DNA from: Vitrella brassicaformis CCMP3155
Lineage: Eukaryota; Protista; Chromerida
DNA length: 64,000 bases
NCBI GenBank assembly: GCA_001179505.1
Contig: CDMY01000335.1
Coordinates: forward strand, 51,770-115,769
Direction: 5' to 3'
Part shown: positions 36,480 through 50,100 of the stretch, piece by piece
Position numbering within the stretch: the first letter of the stretch is position 1
How the letters are laid out: each line of letters opens with the position of its first letter
Notes under the pieces: model-generated
The model's database searches: none
Seen by the model: only the letters and a program-made list of their open reading frames with translations
Told to the model about the DNA's origin: nothing
Program-made: the position numbers and the translations under genes

Positions 36480-36624
36480 CTTAGCCACAATAACCGACGG
36501 CAAACAGCGGCTGCGGAGCGCGTAGGGTGAAGGCCACGCAGCTGAAGGTCGATGAAAGCTGACGAATGCCTGAATAAAGAGACTAGCAGATGAGTCATTG
36601 AGGGGACAGGTGGCTGTCTTGCTC

Positions 36625-37309
36625 TCACCTTCTATAAAGCAGACGTGCCGATGACGGAAAGACAAATGCACACAAGCATAGAGAACACCACGATACATCA
36701 CATTCATCCCCCCCTCTATCCTTTCTGTCCACCAGTGTGTGGGCCATTCTATGTGAGTTGACTGGATTGTGGGAGAAGGGCAGAGAAAACGTACTGCTGC
36801 AGTGATTCACCAACCTGAACACATGCACACGTTCCTGTGTACGTGCATCGCTGTTATGTCCATAATGAGAGTGTACCATTCGTAGGGAGGGATGGTGCCG
36901 GTACGCGATGAAAATAGGCAGAGATGACACCCCCTGAACTCAGAAACCACGCACATGTGTTCCCTGTGTGTGTGTGTGTGTGTGTGTGTCTGTGTGTCCG
37001 TGTATGTGTGTGTGTCTGGGTCACCTGTCGAGCGAGTGATAGGTGGAAGTCGGCATACTCAGCTGTGCAAGGGACAGTCAAGATGATCCATTGCGTACAG
37101 CCTCGCGGCACATTAGCATCCCAACAGAGGGCCGCGGTTGACTCCTCTGAGACCGTGCTGAAACACAACTCAATGTATTTCGTAGTCTGCCATGGTGGCC
37201 GCATGGTCTCCCATGATCTATATTTCTGTTGATCCACCTGCCTACGTGGTCTGTACTTCATGCCCATCACAGCAAGGGGTAGATGAAGTACAAGGAGGAA
37301 AAAGATCAT
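36625..37309 (-). CDS. Signal-peptide-bearing exons of a hypothetical secreted protein, possibly the 5' part of the nuclease gene
   Basis: MIFFLLVLHLPLAVMG-MKYRPRR.. from ATG 37309; donor CAG|GTGACC at 37025/37024; next exon GVSSLPIFIAYRHHPSLRM in phase. Confidence 0.45.
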
Positions 37310-37449
37310 CGTGGATATGTGACCCAACTTCAGCTGCATCACCTACACACACAACACAACAGCATCGGTCAGTCAGGACTGAAGGACTGATGGCCTTTCC
37401 TTTGGTGTGTGCTCATGATTGACCTGAGAGAGTGCTGTGCTGTGGAATA

Positions 37450-40400
37450 TGGCCTCACCCGGCTGCTGTTTGCACTTCAGAGCCTTTTGCGAGCTTGCAA
37501 ATGCTGCAGATCCGGAAAGAGATGCATTGGATGTATGCGACGAGTGTGCTGTGCCATGTGGTGCATCTGACGAGAAGCGAGAAGTGAAGTCGGCTCTGAT
37601 CTTCATTCGTAAATTTCTGCTCTCGGGCTCCCTTTGCGCTGCCAGGAGCACAGTCGGCTGCCGTTGTCAGAAGAGCCTGATCGGAGCGTTGGTCTCTTCT
37701 GACTTCAGCTGGGCATCAACTTCGGAACCGCTTGCCAGCCTCACAGCACTGCAGATGCCGACAGAAGATGGTCGACGAATCTGATGCAGTAGTCATGAGA
37801 AGGACACGAAGAGATCCTCAAGTTTGAGCTCGCAACATTGGCCCGCTCCTGCCCCCAACTCGTCCTTCTCTCCCCTCCCCAAAAAAGAAGCGCTGAATGC
37901 GTCGCCATCAATCGCGAAGTTGAACCGAGTGGGCTTCCCATCCGTGATGTCGAGGCGTGAGCACCCCTGGTTCGCCTACGAGGCGTTTGCGGCGGAGGCC
38001 AGGGAGAAGGACGCGCAGACGGAGAGAATGACCAGACCTGATATGGTGCACATGAGAGTGAGGGTGGAGGTGAGTGCCGCACAAAAAACACACAGACGAA
38101 CGACAGAGTCTTGTTGGTGTTTTTCTTTCCTTGTGTAGTCGGAGCCCGTGCAGCGGCTGCTCCGCAGAATCAAGGCGCCCACGGCCAGCAGGACGCAAGA
38201 AGAGGGACGCACGACAACAGGAAAACGCCGTGCGGAGGGCGAGCAAGAGGACGATGGCCGCCCGCCGCTCACCGTGGTGACCCTTCTCCCCGACAAGGCG
38301 GCCCATTATCCCTACAAGTATCAGCGGCGGGCGACCAGGGCCCCGCCAAACCTGACACGAGTGGAGGCAATGGCGCGGAGCGCTGACAGGCCATCCCCGC
38401 CAGCTGCAGCCAAGCAGCGTCGTGACGAGCCAGCGCCCTCGCCGGTCCCACCCTTGCTTCTCCCTCGCCCTCGCCCTCCCCCTTCCTCCCCCACGACTCT
38501 CTCCGCTCGGCGGCTGTCAAAGCGTTCACAGCAGGGCGAAGAGGCTGATACTGGCCGGCCGGAAGAGCAGCAGGAGCGGGAGGACAGAGATGGAGATGAG
38601 CTGCTGCTGGAGCGCTATATCAAGAGAAAGACCCAACAGCAGCAAGAAGGGGTTGAGCAGCCCAGAACGCTCGAGACGCCCTCCACGTGCGCTCCGTCGC
38701 ATGTGGCTCCCTCACCGCCTTCCCAGCACTCTCCTCGGCCCCTGTGGTCTGCCTATCGGGCCCACCGCCGCCTTGAGACCTCTGCAGCAAGAGGTGCCGA
38801 GACCGATCGGCGGCCGATGACGGCGCCTGTCGGCAGTGCGAGGACAGGACAGGCGAGAGCAAAGGAAGGCAGTTTTGCCACTCCACGCGTCTCGCTCTCG
38901 ATTGCCCCGTCAAGCCGCCCGTCGACGAGACGGCGCCAGAGGCCGACTGGCAGACGAGGGGAGTCCCCTCCACCGTCCCGTCTCCTTCCCTCGCCAAAGC
39001 ACGCCAGCGTGTGGGTGCGCGAGACACTCACCGCCGGACAGAGTCCACGGGCGGCCGCACACGAGGATGCCAAGCGGCGGCTGGAGGCGGCGAGAGAGCG
39101 ATTCCGCTCTATGCAGCGGCGCCAGGCCGCTGACAGTGAAAGGGAAGAGGTCGTCTTGCTCGCGCTCACTTTCCTCGAGAAGATCAAAGTATGAGACAGC
39201 ACAGATTCATATGGCCGGTCCACACATATTTGTCCTGCACACGCACGTGTCTGTCCTGCATTCTCCTGTCAGGTGGACGAGCTGACAAACCTTACTGAGC
39301 TAAAGCGGTCCTTCTCGCGGACCAACCTGGGCCTTGGCGTGTTGGAGGGCGGGCTCGAGGAGGCCGATCACTTCGAAGACATCGACGCCCACCCCATCTC
39401 TCTACTCTCGATGACACAACCTGGCCTGTTGGGTAAGGATGAGTCGACCACGGTGGCCAAGGGCGACAAGCGGCCTGGGGGCCACCCCAGCAAGAAAGCC
39501 ACAGGGCCGCTGATGCGATCTTCGACAACTATGAGTCGGCGGACGGTGAGAGAGCGACACCTCATCCACCAGGTGCTCAAAGCTCTCAGGTCAGTGGGTA
39601 GGAGAGTCAGCCGAAATATACGTCAAGAGACCCTCGATCGCCAATCGATGTCCTTGACTGTGCGGATGTGTGTGTGTGTCCGTGCAGGCGGCTGGGAGAG
39701 AGGACACAGTCGCACAGACTGGCATCTACAACCGCTCTCGGCGACGGTAAGTAGGCAAGCAAACAACATCCGATCAGCATACATACAGTACACTACACGC
39801 CCCCTTCGATGGCTGTGTGCCTGCCGTCAGCTGAATTGGGCTGGGTGCGTCGGCGCATTTATCCCAAGGAGAAGAAACCCGAAAAGAAGTACAGCTCGGT
39901 GTGGGGCGAATCGTCGCCCATCGGTGGGTCTCCCGCACAGGTCACCCGCGGGCTCTCTCGCCGGTCGGTGTCCCCGTGGCGGCGGACACTCGTCGAGGAG
40001 GCCAAGAGACACATGACCGCTGCTGCTGGGACGACCAGCGCTATGAGTGACAACCTCCGGTCCGCATTCAAAAGCGTCATTCGCATGGCAAGCCACCGGC
40101 CCACACACTCACTCACTCATCGGCGACACATCCAAGGGACACGCGTATGGCTCTCTGCTTGTCTGCGTGTGTGATCATGCAGGTGAAGGCTGATGACGCT
40201 GAACGCACCACCACCCGCACCATTCTTGTGAGCGAGGAGGGCAGCCCGTCTCGCGGCGGCCTCAGCACCCCCGCCGCGTATACACATACACATTCTCACA
40301 CGCCGTCAGCGGCATCGTCTGCGGTCGGCGAAGAGGATGCCAGCCCACCCATACCGACCAAGTCCAAGCCCTCCCGCCTTGGCAGCAAGAGGCGCGTGAC

Positions 40401-42237
40401 CTTCTCATTTTATGATGCGAGCGGCAACAAGGTGCCGGTGGACATGTGGGGCGGCGGAGAGGGTGGTGACGACCTGTTGGAGGACGACAGCTGGACGCTC
40501 GACAGCATCTATAACTATCGGACGATGAAGCCCACCCACATGGAGCCCCTGAGTCGCGCTGAGATGGAGAGGGCCATGCTGTGCCTGAGGCTGGAGCAGT
40601 GGTGGTCTCAACATGTGACACACCTGCAGCGCCTCTTCCCGCGCCCACCACCACCACTGCCACCCGTATTCGGTAACAAGCCAACACATACATGTTTATA
40701 CAGCCGCATTTCGTGTCTCCTTGTGATTATGTGTCCCTGGCCGGCTTCGGATGGATGCATGGCAGACGGGGAAATGGCTGAGCTCCCACCAGCTCCCGTC
40801 TCTCCATCTGCTGCGATGTCAGACTCCCAGAGGGACAATGACAGCACATCACACACCGGTAGCAGCAGCAGCAGCAGCGCCAGCAGCAGCTCGGGTGAGA
40901 AGAGCGGAGGTCAGGCATCCCGCCGGGCTGCCGCCAACGGCAGGAAAGGCAGCACGAAGCGCCGGAAGTCGTCCCAAAACCAGGGAAGGCGAAAATCCAA
41001 CGCCAGAAACAGAGTCAAGCCACGTGAGCCACCCGCAATACACGACTACGAAAACCGAGCGAGCACCTGCCACACGGCTGTGTATGTCTGTCTGTCTGTC
41101 TGTTTGTGTGGTTGAGTAGTGCCTGTGAGTGGGATGCCGCTGAGTGGTGCGATGAAGGCGGCATTGTCTCCCCCGGCCGACGCCACGCCGGGAAGGGACG
41201 AGAGGCGGCGGTCATCGGTGGCGGGCCACGTGGGCGGCACTGCGGGTCTGTGGGGTAAGGACGGCGTGCCGAGCACGGCCGGCGAGCTCCTGCAGTGTCT
41301 GCTGCCGCACACCATGACGCGAGAGGAACTCATACACAGATGGCGCGGACAAGCACCCGCACAAGCAGAACTCAGGTGGGCAGCCACGCACAGAGAGATA
41401 GATAGATGGCAGGATGCTCGCATTGTGGGCCGGTTGGTTGTATCCACTCTCGGATCGTTGATCCATGTCCGTTCACCTAAGTGTGTGTATGTGAATGTGT
41501 GTACACGTGTCGTACACATGCGTACAGGGCCCGCCGTGTGCGTTTGGCGATGGAGAAGGTGCGGCAGCAGCTGGCACAGGCAGAAGACACGCACAGAAGG
41601 GTCAGACAGACGGACATCTTCGTTCGCGTGTTACGTTGTGCATGTCTGTCTGTCTGTCGGCATCGCTGCAGGTCCAGATATGCTACCAGCGTCTTTACAA
41701 GCAGAAGGACGAACGACGCATGTACGAAAGAGAACTCGAAGCTCTCACCAAGCGGAAACACTTCACGGTACACACGTAGGAGGGAAGCTTGACGCACTCG
41801 TGCGCACCCACCCACCCACAGTGTCATACACTCACCGTCCTGGCCCAGCTTCTCGGTCATATCCTGTATATGTTCGTCCAGGTGCAGCGAGGTCGTGATG
41901 CAGCTGGCAAGAGCCGCGTGTCTCAGCTGCAGGCAGCCAGGGCAGACTTGACCAAAGAGATCAACAAGGCCAGAGCTGACAGACACTGGTCCGTGGTCAT
42001 CTGTACTGCACGTCGTTCTCGCATTCCCACATTGTGTTCGTGCGCCTGTGTGCTTGTGTGTGTGTGTGTGTGTGTGTGTGTGAAGGTATGAGGTGCGGCG
42101 TGAGTTGTTTGACGTATGTGAGGACCTCTGCCATGCACTGGAGGAGCAGCGCAACCTCTCACACACACTGCAGACACGAACAGCCACTGCCTCTGCATCA
42201 ACACAGCAGGAAGGGTGCCCGGCACCGCACGATTGAT
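37450..42237 (+). CDS. Hypothetical low-complexity / coiled-coil protein, multi-exon
   Basis: Long GC-rich ORFs 38148-39194, 39273-39590, 40180-40670 and 41140-41375, and coiled-coil exons RLAMEKVRQQLAQAEDTHRR, YQRLYKQKDERRMYERELEALTKRK and VSQLQAARADLTKEINKAR, bounded by GT-AG sites; start and end approximate. Confidence 0.5.
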
Positions 42238-43055
42238 ATACAGTATGGCTGTGCGCACGACACGTGACGTGAAGTAGACGTCGGTGCTACTCTACACACA
42301 CACTGGACGTCCATTTCTCGTGTCGGATGATTAATATTCGGATGATGGCGTTCGATCCTGGAGTCACCGTGGCCCTTTCCTTATGGTGGCGGGACTGATG
42401 GCGGCGGTGCCAGGATGGAGTGTGTGTGGTGTGTGTGTGTTGTTTGTGTGTGTGTGTGCGTGTGCGTGTGCGTGTGTGTGTGTGTGTGACATCTCCGTCA
42501 TGAAGGAAAGATTCTCATCGTGTGTGAATATTGACATCAAACAAATACATGTGGCCGCACCAGTTGGACAGTCTGACTATGTATCTACAACGGCTGAGTC
42601 AACCCCCCATCAATCACCCGCCCTTTCGCCTTTATCAGTTCTTCCCTTTCATCGGCAGTGAGGTCTCTCGCCTGGCCGCAGGTCGATTTGCTTGGGTCGT
42701 TTTCCCGCCCTTCATGCTCCCTGGTGGAGGGCTGCTGAAAATCGGTTCGGTTGGGTTCGGTTTGCCCCGGCCACCTGGTGGAGGACAGCTCGAAATGGTG
42801 ATCTAGGCTAGGGCTAGGGTAGGGTCTCTTAGGTTCTCGGGAGCTGCGCACCCAGGCGGAGACGATCCATCGTCTCGGCCGTGGGAATTTACAAAGATTC
42901 AAGATTCACCAATTTACAATCCGTTGCACGGCCGCCCCCGAACCAACCAGAGCGAGGCTTAGGTACCAACGCGCTCCATCCAATCCATCTATTCCATCCA
43001 CGTGTGTGCGTGTGTGTGTTCGCGTGCTGCAGGCGAGTTCATTCTGCAACGGAAG

Positions 43056-43799
43056 ATGGCGTCGGCTAATCGGATGTTGACGGTGGGTTTGTTGGGTGTG
43101 TTGGTGATCTGGGTGCTGACCCTTCCGCTCACCGACGGCGAGAATCTCTACGCGGAGGACGAAAGTGAATGAGGGGATGGATGGATCTGTAGATCTGTGG
43201 AGGACGACGTGTCAGGGGAACCAATCATCCCGCCAGATGAGAGATCTCCATGTGTTGGCCGGTGTGCAATGCTGCAGAGGCCTGCATTGGAGCTGACTGC
43301 GCCATCAACCAGGAATTTCAACTCGAAACCGCAGCCACTACCGTCGCAGCGTAGGCAGAAGTGGGAGCCGCGCAGCTGGATGTCGGATGCTCTTCTGTAA
43401 TGCGTTTGCCATCCATCATGAAGGGTGTGCTATCTGTATGGCGGCGATAGTACGAAGGCCTGGCTGTCGAAAGACGAAAACAACGGCGGCGAGCTCGTAG
43501 TACGCACTCCTACACTCACTCACACACGCACGCACGCACACACCTTTGCCGTATGACTGTCTTTATGCATATCCACTTGTGTGCACCAAGGACGTCTTCT
43601 GCCCTGACACAGAGCCGAAGACGGGCTCAAAGGTGTGCATTTTCGATGCCGTGATGGCGTATGCTTCGTCCAACGACAGCACCTCCAAGAAAATGCGTCC
43701 AATCATCGTAGGAGATGGAGAGGACGAAGGATCCACGGAGATACGCTCACTTTCACACACACAGCAGTTGATCATTTGTGCCAAATGTTTGCGTACATA

Positions 43800-43872
<73 letters not shown>

Positions 43873-43966
43873 TCCCATGCAGACCAAGACGACCGTCAAG
43901 AGGCTGGTCACCGCCAAAGAGCTATCGGTTAAGAACGCCTGGCCTGCCGAATGCCTCAAAATGTAG
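43056..43966 (+). CDS. Possible small secreted Cys-rich protein
   Basis: MASANRMLTVGLLGVLVIWVLTLPLTDG looks like a signal peptide; downstream Cys-rich segments (MCWPVCNAAEACIGADC, CTKDVFCPDTEPKTGSKVC) could not be spliced unambiguously. Confidence 0.3.
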
Positions 43967-45168
43967 AGAGGCGAAACGACAGCAACTTTCCCACGCACGG
44001 TGAGCGCACGAGGGTACGCACATGGAGTGAATGCCGCCACACGCCAGTGCAATAAGTGTGTGCATGCCATTGGCGTGGTGCGATGCGGTGTGGCGTGATG
44101 TGTCTGGTGTGATGTGTGTGCAGGTTCGTAGCCCTCTTCTATCTCTTATATCTCTGATGAGCTGTCTGTGTTGGGCTCTCGTGGCGGCCGGCCAGAACCA
44201 ACGAACCACTTCCTTTTTTTCTCCTTTTCCACACACGCACACATTATTATTTTCATGCATCCCCACAGAATGTAATGTACAGCGAGGTTTTCGTTTCTGC
44301 TTGCGTAAGTTTTAACACACACTAGGTGGAGTTGGCCGGCTGTCCGTATGGTATGCATGTGGTCGACTGTCGGGCGGGTGGGCGGGCGGGGGACTGGTCA
44401 ACTAATTTAGCCACGATGAGCGTGCAGCTCCATGTTAAGTAAGTACGTATCGGGTGCAAATTTCCCGCCTCACACATGCACACAAGACACACAACACGTC
44501 ATGGCGGCGGCGTCATGGCAGGCGAGATAGAAACGGTTTCACCCTGCCAACGGAAAGGACACAATCACCCTTTGTGTCTCTTTCGACGCCTGCAGCCCTC
44601 AAGCTCTTTGAAGACAAGAATGTGTCAGATGAACAAGTACTGCAGTAACCAATTGCGAGACAACCCAGTCATGATTTTCCATCAAGCAGATGAATCCACA
44701 GAGAGACAGAAGGCAGACGGAGATGGACAACGAGACGGGCGGTTGACGACGATAAAGGCAAAGGTCCAGGAGAGAGAAGTGAGAGACCGACTTGCCTGAC
44801 TCCTGGCTCCAGCTCAGATCTGCATTGGCCATCGGGCCAGTGCAGACATAGCATAGGCACGCAGAGGCATTGCACTGATGTTCACGACTCAGTGTAGTGT
44901 ATCTATCGTCTTTTGTTTGTTCCGTGCAGCATAGCATGCCTATGCTTGAGAGTGTCACATTGCATTTTGCGGTGCAGACACGTATGAATCAATGTCATCG
45001 CATCGCACACCGACCCCACGTCACCTTATCCCTCACTGATTTGATAAAAGCGCCTGCTGTCCAGCGCGGCTAGACAGACAGACAGACAGACGGATGGACC
45101 GGCCTATGGAGAGCGGCCTTTGTCATCGCCACAGACACTTGCTGAGCCAGACAGAGGCAGACGACGAC

Positions 45169-46166
45169 ACACAAATTATCCACTCATCCATCCATCCCAT
45201 CAGCGCAGCAGACCACATATGGCTGACCTACATGACCTACCCTTGCCTTGCGGGGAACACAAGTGGGGTCAAAACAACGCATAGCCCAGTGGGAGTGTGT
45301 GCCCTGCAACGCTACGCTACGCAACGCGGCCAATGAAGTGTGCATCAGTCAAGGCCCTCGGGCAGGCAGGTCGTGTGTACATACGCCTCTCTTCCTCTCT
45401 CTGTCTGAGACAGCCCCCAAAAAAACTCAGCCATCCAGCCATCCACGAAGCACCAACACACGGTCAGACAGACAGACAGACAGCCAGACAGACAGCCAGG
45501 GCACCGCACCCCAAACACATGAATGTCACTCAGTCAGTCAGTCGCTCTATCACTGGTGGGGCTTGACGTTTGCCGCCGGTCTTGCTTTGCTGCACACCAG
45601 CCGGAAGCCGAGGGGCGATTCAGAGCACGGCGAAGTGCCTGCTCCTCTGCCCACACACATACACACATCACATTAATTACGCACATCAGACATAAGGAAT
45701 TTCACCTTGTGTCTTTTCTCTGCTTACTTGTTCCGACGAAGGCAGCTAGCGCAGTGAGTGGGCACCTGCGAGTAGTGGTGACCATGTAGATCGAGCATGT
45801 AGACGTGTGCTTCCCCTCTGGTGCCACTCACTCACGGCCCTCCGCCGTCTGACTCGCACACCATGTCCGTCTGCATGACACCGCCAGAGGCCTCAGGCCC
45901 CTGAACGACCACTTTCGGGTGACTGACGTGACGAAGTGCCGCTCGTCCTCGCGGCGGCTGCTGTGCTGCACGTGCGGCAGCTTCCGCTTAATTGCCGGAG
46001 GTTTTTCTGGTTGCTTGTGTCGGCGGGGATGCACAGGGCCTGCCAGACGGCCGAGGGAAGGGCGGTCGTTGAAGTGTTGTGGTCGTCAAGCAGTGTCGGA
46101 CGGATAGCTGCATGGGTGCCCCGAGCGGAGCGCCGAATGGCTGCGGCTGCCCCGACTCGCACTCCA
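45169..46166 (+). repeat. Left arm of a ~1 kb near-identical inverted repeat (partner 51484-52481)
   Basis: Direct reverse-complement match from acacaaattatcc to gactcgcactcca; the differences seen are mostly microsatellite and homopolymer indels. Confidence 0.97.
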
Positions 46167-46750
46167 TCGTAAAGCGAGCCTCGGGGTCTTGGCGCATCTA
46201 ACACGCCCATCTCTGACACACACAACACAGACAGACAGACAGACACAAAGGCGCATCAATCAGCGGCAGAGATTTGAGCGACCTTAGAGAGCTCTCCTGA
46301 CTGACTGAGTGTGTGGCCTTCCTGTGAGTCTCTCTGCAGAGATCTGCCGCGGTTTGTGCAGTCTGTGCCTTTCCCCCCATGCATCACGTCTAAGCTCGCA
46401 GGGCTTGAAACCCTGCAGGCGACCGCGGGGCTGGGAGGTTTTTCCCATTGCAATTAAGTGCCCATGAAGGCTGCTGCCGTGTTCATCTGAGTCCTAGTGA
46501 GTCGGGGGGTTTGCGAATTCCGTGAATGCGCGTGTGCAGCAGTGGGCGGCAGACGCACCCAGACATTCGCGCACACACAACTCGACGAGTGTCCAGCGCA
46601 GGGGGCTGGGAGGCCGGGAATGACTGTTGGTGTGATGGGCTGTCTGTGTGGTGAGTTTGAGCGGCTGGCCTTGCGTGTGTGAGAAGTGGGTATGCGGCAC
46701 GGGGGGTATCGATGGGGTGAGTGCGTTGAAGTGGTGAAAGGTGCAACCTG

Positions 46751-46832
46751 GTGGAAAGGAGGAATAGCGAGGCGATGGGCGTCCGCACTTTACAGAATCG
46801 GTTACGGTAAAGGTCTACAGTCAGTACTCAAG
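46751..46832 (+). repeat. 82 bp identical direct repeat (second copy 52745-52826) embedded in otherwise inverted homologous flanks
   Basis: gtggaaaggaggaatagcgaggc...acagtcagtactcaag is identical at both sites. Confidence 0.95.
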
Positions 46833-47138
46833 CCTACACGGCATCGCCAAGTTAGCAAAAAACCCATGGACACACACAGAGAGAGAGAGAATGAGAGAGA
46901 GAGAATCGAGTGAGTGCCGAGGGTGGAGGCGTGTGTGGGGGGGCCTATGGGATGCACACACATACTACAGACACCCACATGTACAGTACAGACACACAGC
47001 ATAATTTAGCTTAGTGTAATGTAGATGTGCAGCCAGACGGACAAATACATCTGAGACAGACAGTCAGATGACCTACTAGTGCTTCATCCGATGCGTGTGT
47101 GCACACAGCACGTCAACCAACACGCCCAGCTGAGCTCG

Positions 47139-50100
47139 CTACATGGTCTTTCGCTGCAGGAACTCTTCTATCTGTCCCACCCTCTTGCTGCCCAGCACGG
47201 CCTGCAGCCCCAGCCGCCCATTCTCTCCACCCAGCAGCCTCGCAAACTGGGCCGCCAGCCACTCATCGCTGTCCAGCGGTGGGGGGCCCGCACTCCCTAC
47301 CGACCTCTTGACCACCTTCCTCCTTCTCTTTCTTGTTGCCGTGTTGGCTGCCCCGCCAGCCTCCTCCCCCTTGCCTCTTTTCTCGCTGCTCTTGTTCCTC
47401 TTGTTTGCTGCTCTCTTGAGCTGTCGCCGCCGTCGGACGGCCTCCTCGCGCTTCAGCCGGCGCCGCGTCACGAAAGCGCCAGGGGGCACGCACACCTGAG
47501 AGATACATGGGTGCGGTATGGCCATCCCATCCACCCCAGCCGCAACACGAACCGATCGGTCAACAAAGCATCGATCGATCGATAGCGGGGCCACCTGCGT
47601 GCCTGCCTGCCTGTCTATCTGTCTGCTGTGAAGACCGTACCTTGGCCCATGCGAGCCCCCAGTTGCCGAATCCCGGCGGAAAAAACGCGCCATTCGTTAG
47701 AAGACCTGGCACTTTGGCGTACGGCTGCAGCCGTAGCGAACACAGCGACAGACAGACAGACAGACAGACAGAGATGGACACAAACGTGGCGTAGATGGCG
47801 CAGAGGAGTGTGTTCGTGTGTGTGTGTGTGTGCGTGCCTGGAGTGTCCAGAGGCACTGCAGGTCGAGGGGATCGTTGACAGTGGACGAACCGAACCCCCT
47901 GTAGACAGACGTGGGTGAGGGTGTGGGTTGGGTGGTGGGTGAACATGTCAGTCAGCCATCATTGAGCCGGTGTCGGCTACGTGCGTACGTACCATGATGA
48001 TACCCGCGGCTTGTCGGTCTTCTCATCCTGCTGCACTGGACGGAAGTAGGGCGCCTCACCAGCCTGCTTACACACAGACCAAAAGCCAGGCAGGCAAAGC
48101 GTGACGTGACCTCACCGACCCCCCTCCGGACCTTATAGATGACGGGAGTGTCAAAGTCTGGGCAGTCTGCTGGTTTAAAGACGTACGCGGCCGATGGGAA
48201 GCCCGCCCTGTCGAAGGCCTGGAACCCGATGAGCACATCACCCTGGGGCGTCGCTGCCACGGAGGGATATGAGAAGTCCCACCCCTTGGGCGGCTGCAAT
48301 GCATCCAATCAACCAAGGCGGATCGCACATACAAACATACAAACATACAAACATATATTCAGACAGAGAGAGACATACAGACCATGCGCACCAGTATAGC
48401 TCGTGTCAGTCGCGAAGGGACCACAATGGGGGTGAGGCTTTTCTGCGGTGGGGGGATGACCAGGGCGTCAAAGGCACGGGAGAAGAGGGTGAACACGTCG
48501 AGCTGCGCGTACGCTACGAACGCCTGCTGCCGACGCTTGTCTGTATGTATGTAGGTACCGGCGGACGGAGACACACATACACGTGACACAGACAGACAGA
48601 CAGACAGACTCGTGAGTACCGAGGCTTGCGTCTTTGATTGTTCTGAATCCTGTCCATGCGCACACCACCAGCTTCGCAGTCTGACGGCAGGACTGAGTGA
48701 GTCACACACACATATGAAGCAGAGCTGAGCATATATGTGTGTGTCTGCGATCGGTGCACCATCATACACGTATAGGTCTACCTCAAGGATGTCGTCTCCG
48801 AGATTGATCTGGAACCCCCCCAGCTGGCTGCCCGCTGTCTCCTCATCAGGCTCGTCAAACTGCACCGACTGCTCTCAACACACAACACACGACGAGCGAA
48901 GTCGGGCCAGACCCTCATGTATTACTGGGAAGTATGTGTCCGGTCCGAGGATCACTACGCCGCTCTGCAGTGAGCCCAGAAGCAGCTGCTTGAGCACGAA
49001 GAGCGCCTGCACGCCGTCAAACGCGTCGAAGTCTGTGGCAGCGGAGTTCTCCAAGCCTGCATGACCAGCCACACCAGTCACATCCATCCATCCATCCAAT
49101 GGCACAATCCTTCACCGAACGTCTGATTGGGGTCGGCGATGCGCTCGAAGGACCCCTGACGCGCGATGTTGTTATTATTATAGAACGTCTCCAGGCTGAA
49201 GGCCGTGATAGGCGTGAAGACGCCGTTCAGAGGCGTGTTGAACCCCACACCGCCAGAAGCTGTTTGTGTGGCGTGTTGGGGGAGGGGGGGATGGGGGGAG
49301 GGGGTAATACAATGCATGAGACCATGACTGTGCACCCCTCACCTGGCCCTCTGTTGGTGAAAGAGTGAAGGAATGATCCCGCGAGGTCGGCCGCAGACGT
49401 CTGTAGCAGCGATGGCTCGTCTTGCTCATCGCCCGACGTGTCGAAACTCGCGAACAGCTCGTTTCCGGAGGACCCCAGCAGCACCTCTGTGTCTTCTGGA
49501 GCTTGCACGTACGGGGCGAGCGCGATCGACGCGGCGGTGTCCACAATTTCAATGGCTTTGTCATCGAGGTCATCGAGACCGATCGGACCGGGCTCCGCGG
49601 CTATCCCGGGAGTGAGGATGTCGGATGGGGAGGCCTCGCCCGCTGCACACACATAGCCAGGCACGGTGTCCGTCCGTCCGTCCGTCCGGCATGTGGGCAG
49701 TGTAGAGCCCTGACCTGAGAAGAAGGCCTCAAACTCAGATACCTCGTCCACGTTTGAGAAGATGCTGCGGCTGCCGAGCAACACACTCGAGTCTGCACGG
49801 AAACACATACACACACAAGCACACACACGCAGAGAGAGAGGGAGCACGCACACGTACACATATGGTCGGGTCCACTGTGTATGTGGCACCAACCGAAGCT
49901 GGCGAAGGCATTGTAGGCGAATCCGATGAGTGTGGGCGAGACGCCGAGTGTGTTGTGCGAGAGGAAGAAAGTCGGGTTGCACTCGCCTGAGTCGTCTCCA
50001 AAGCCGAACACCGTCGCCAGGACCTGGGAGAGGACCTGACTCGTAATGGTGCGGTTCACCGGCGGTCTGAAAGCCTCTATCGCACTCTCGAAAATCGTGC

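Noticed and set aside
42801-42835. Telomere-like ctagggctagggtagggt stretch and nearby gagacgat/atcgtctc hairpin
   Set aside because: Only 3-4 degenerate units, and no Helitron-type CTRR end at the expected distance.
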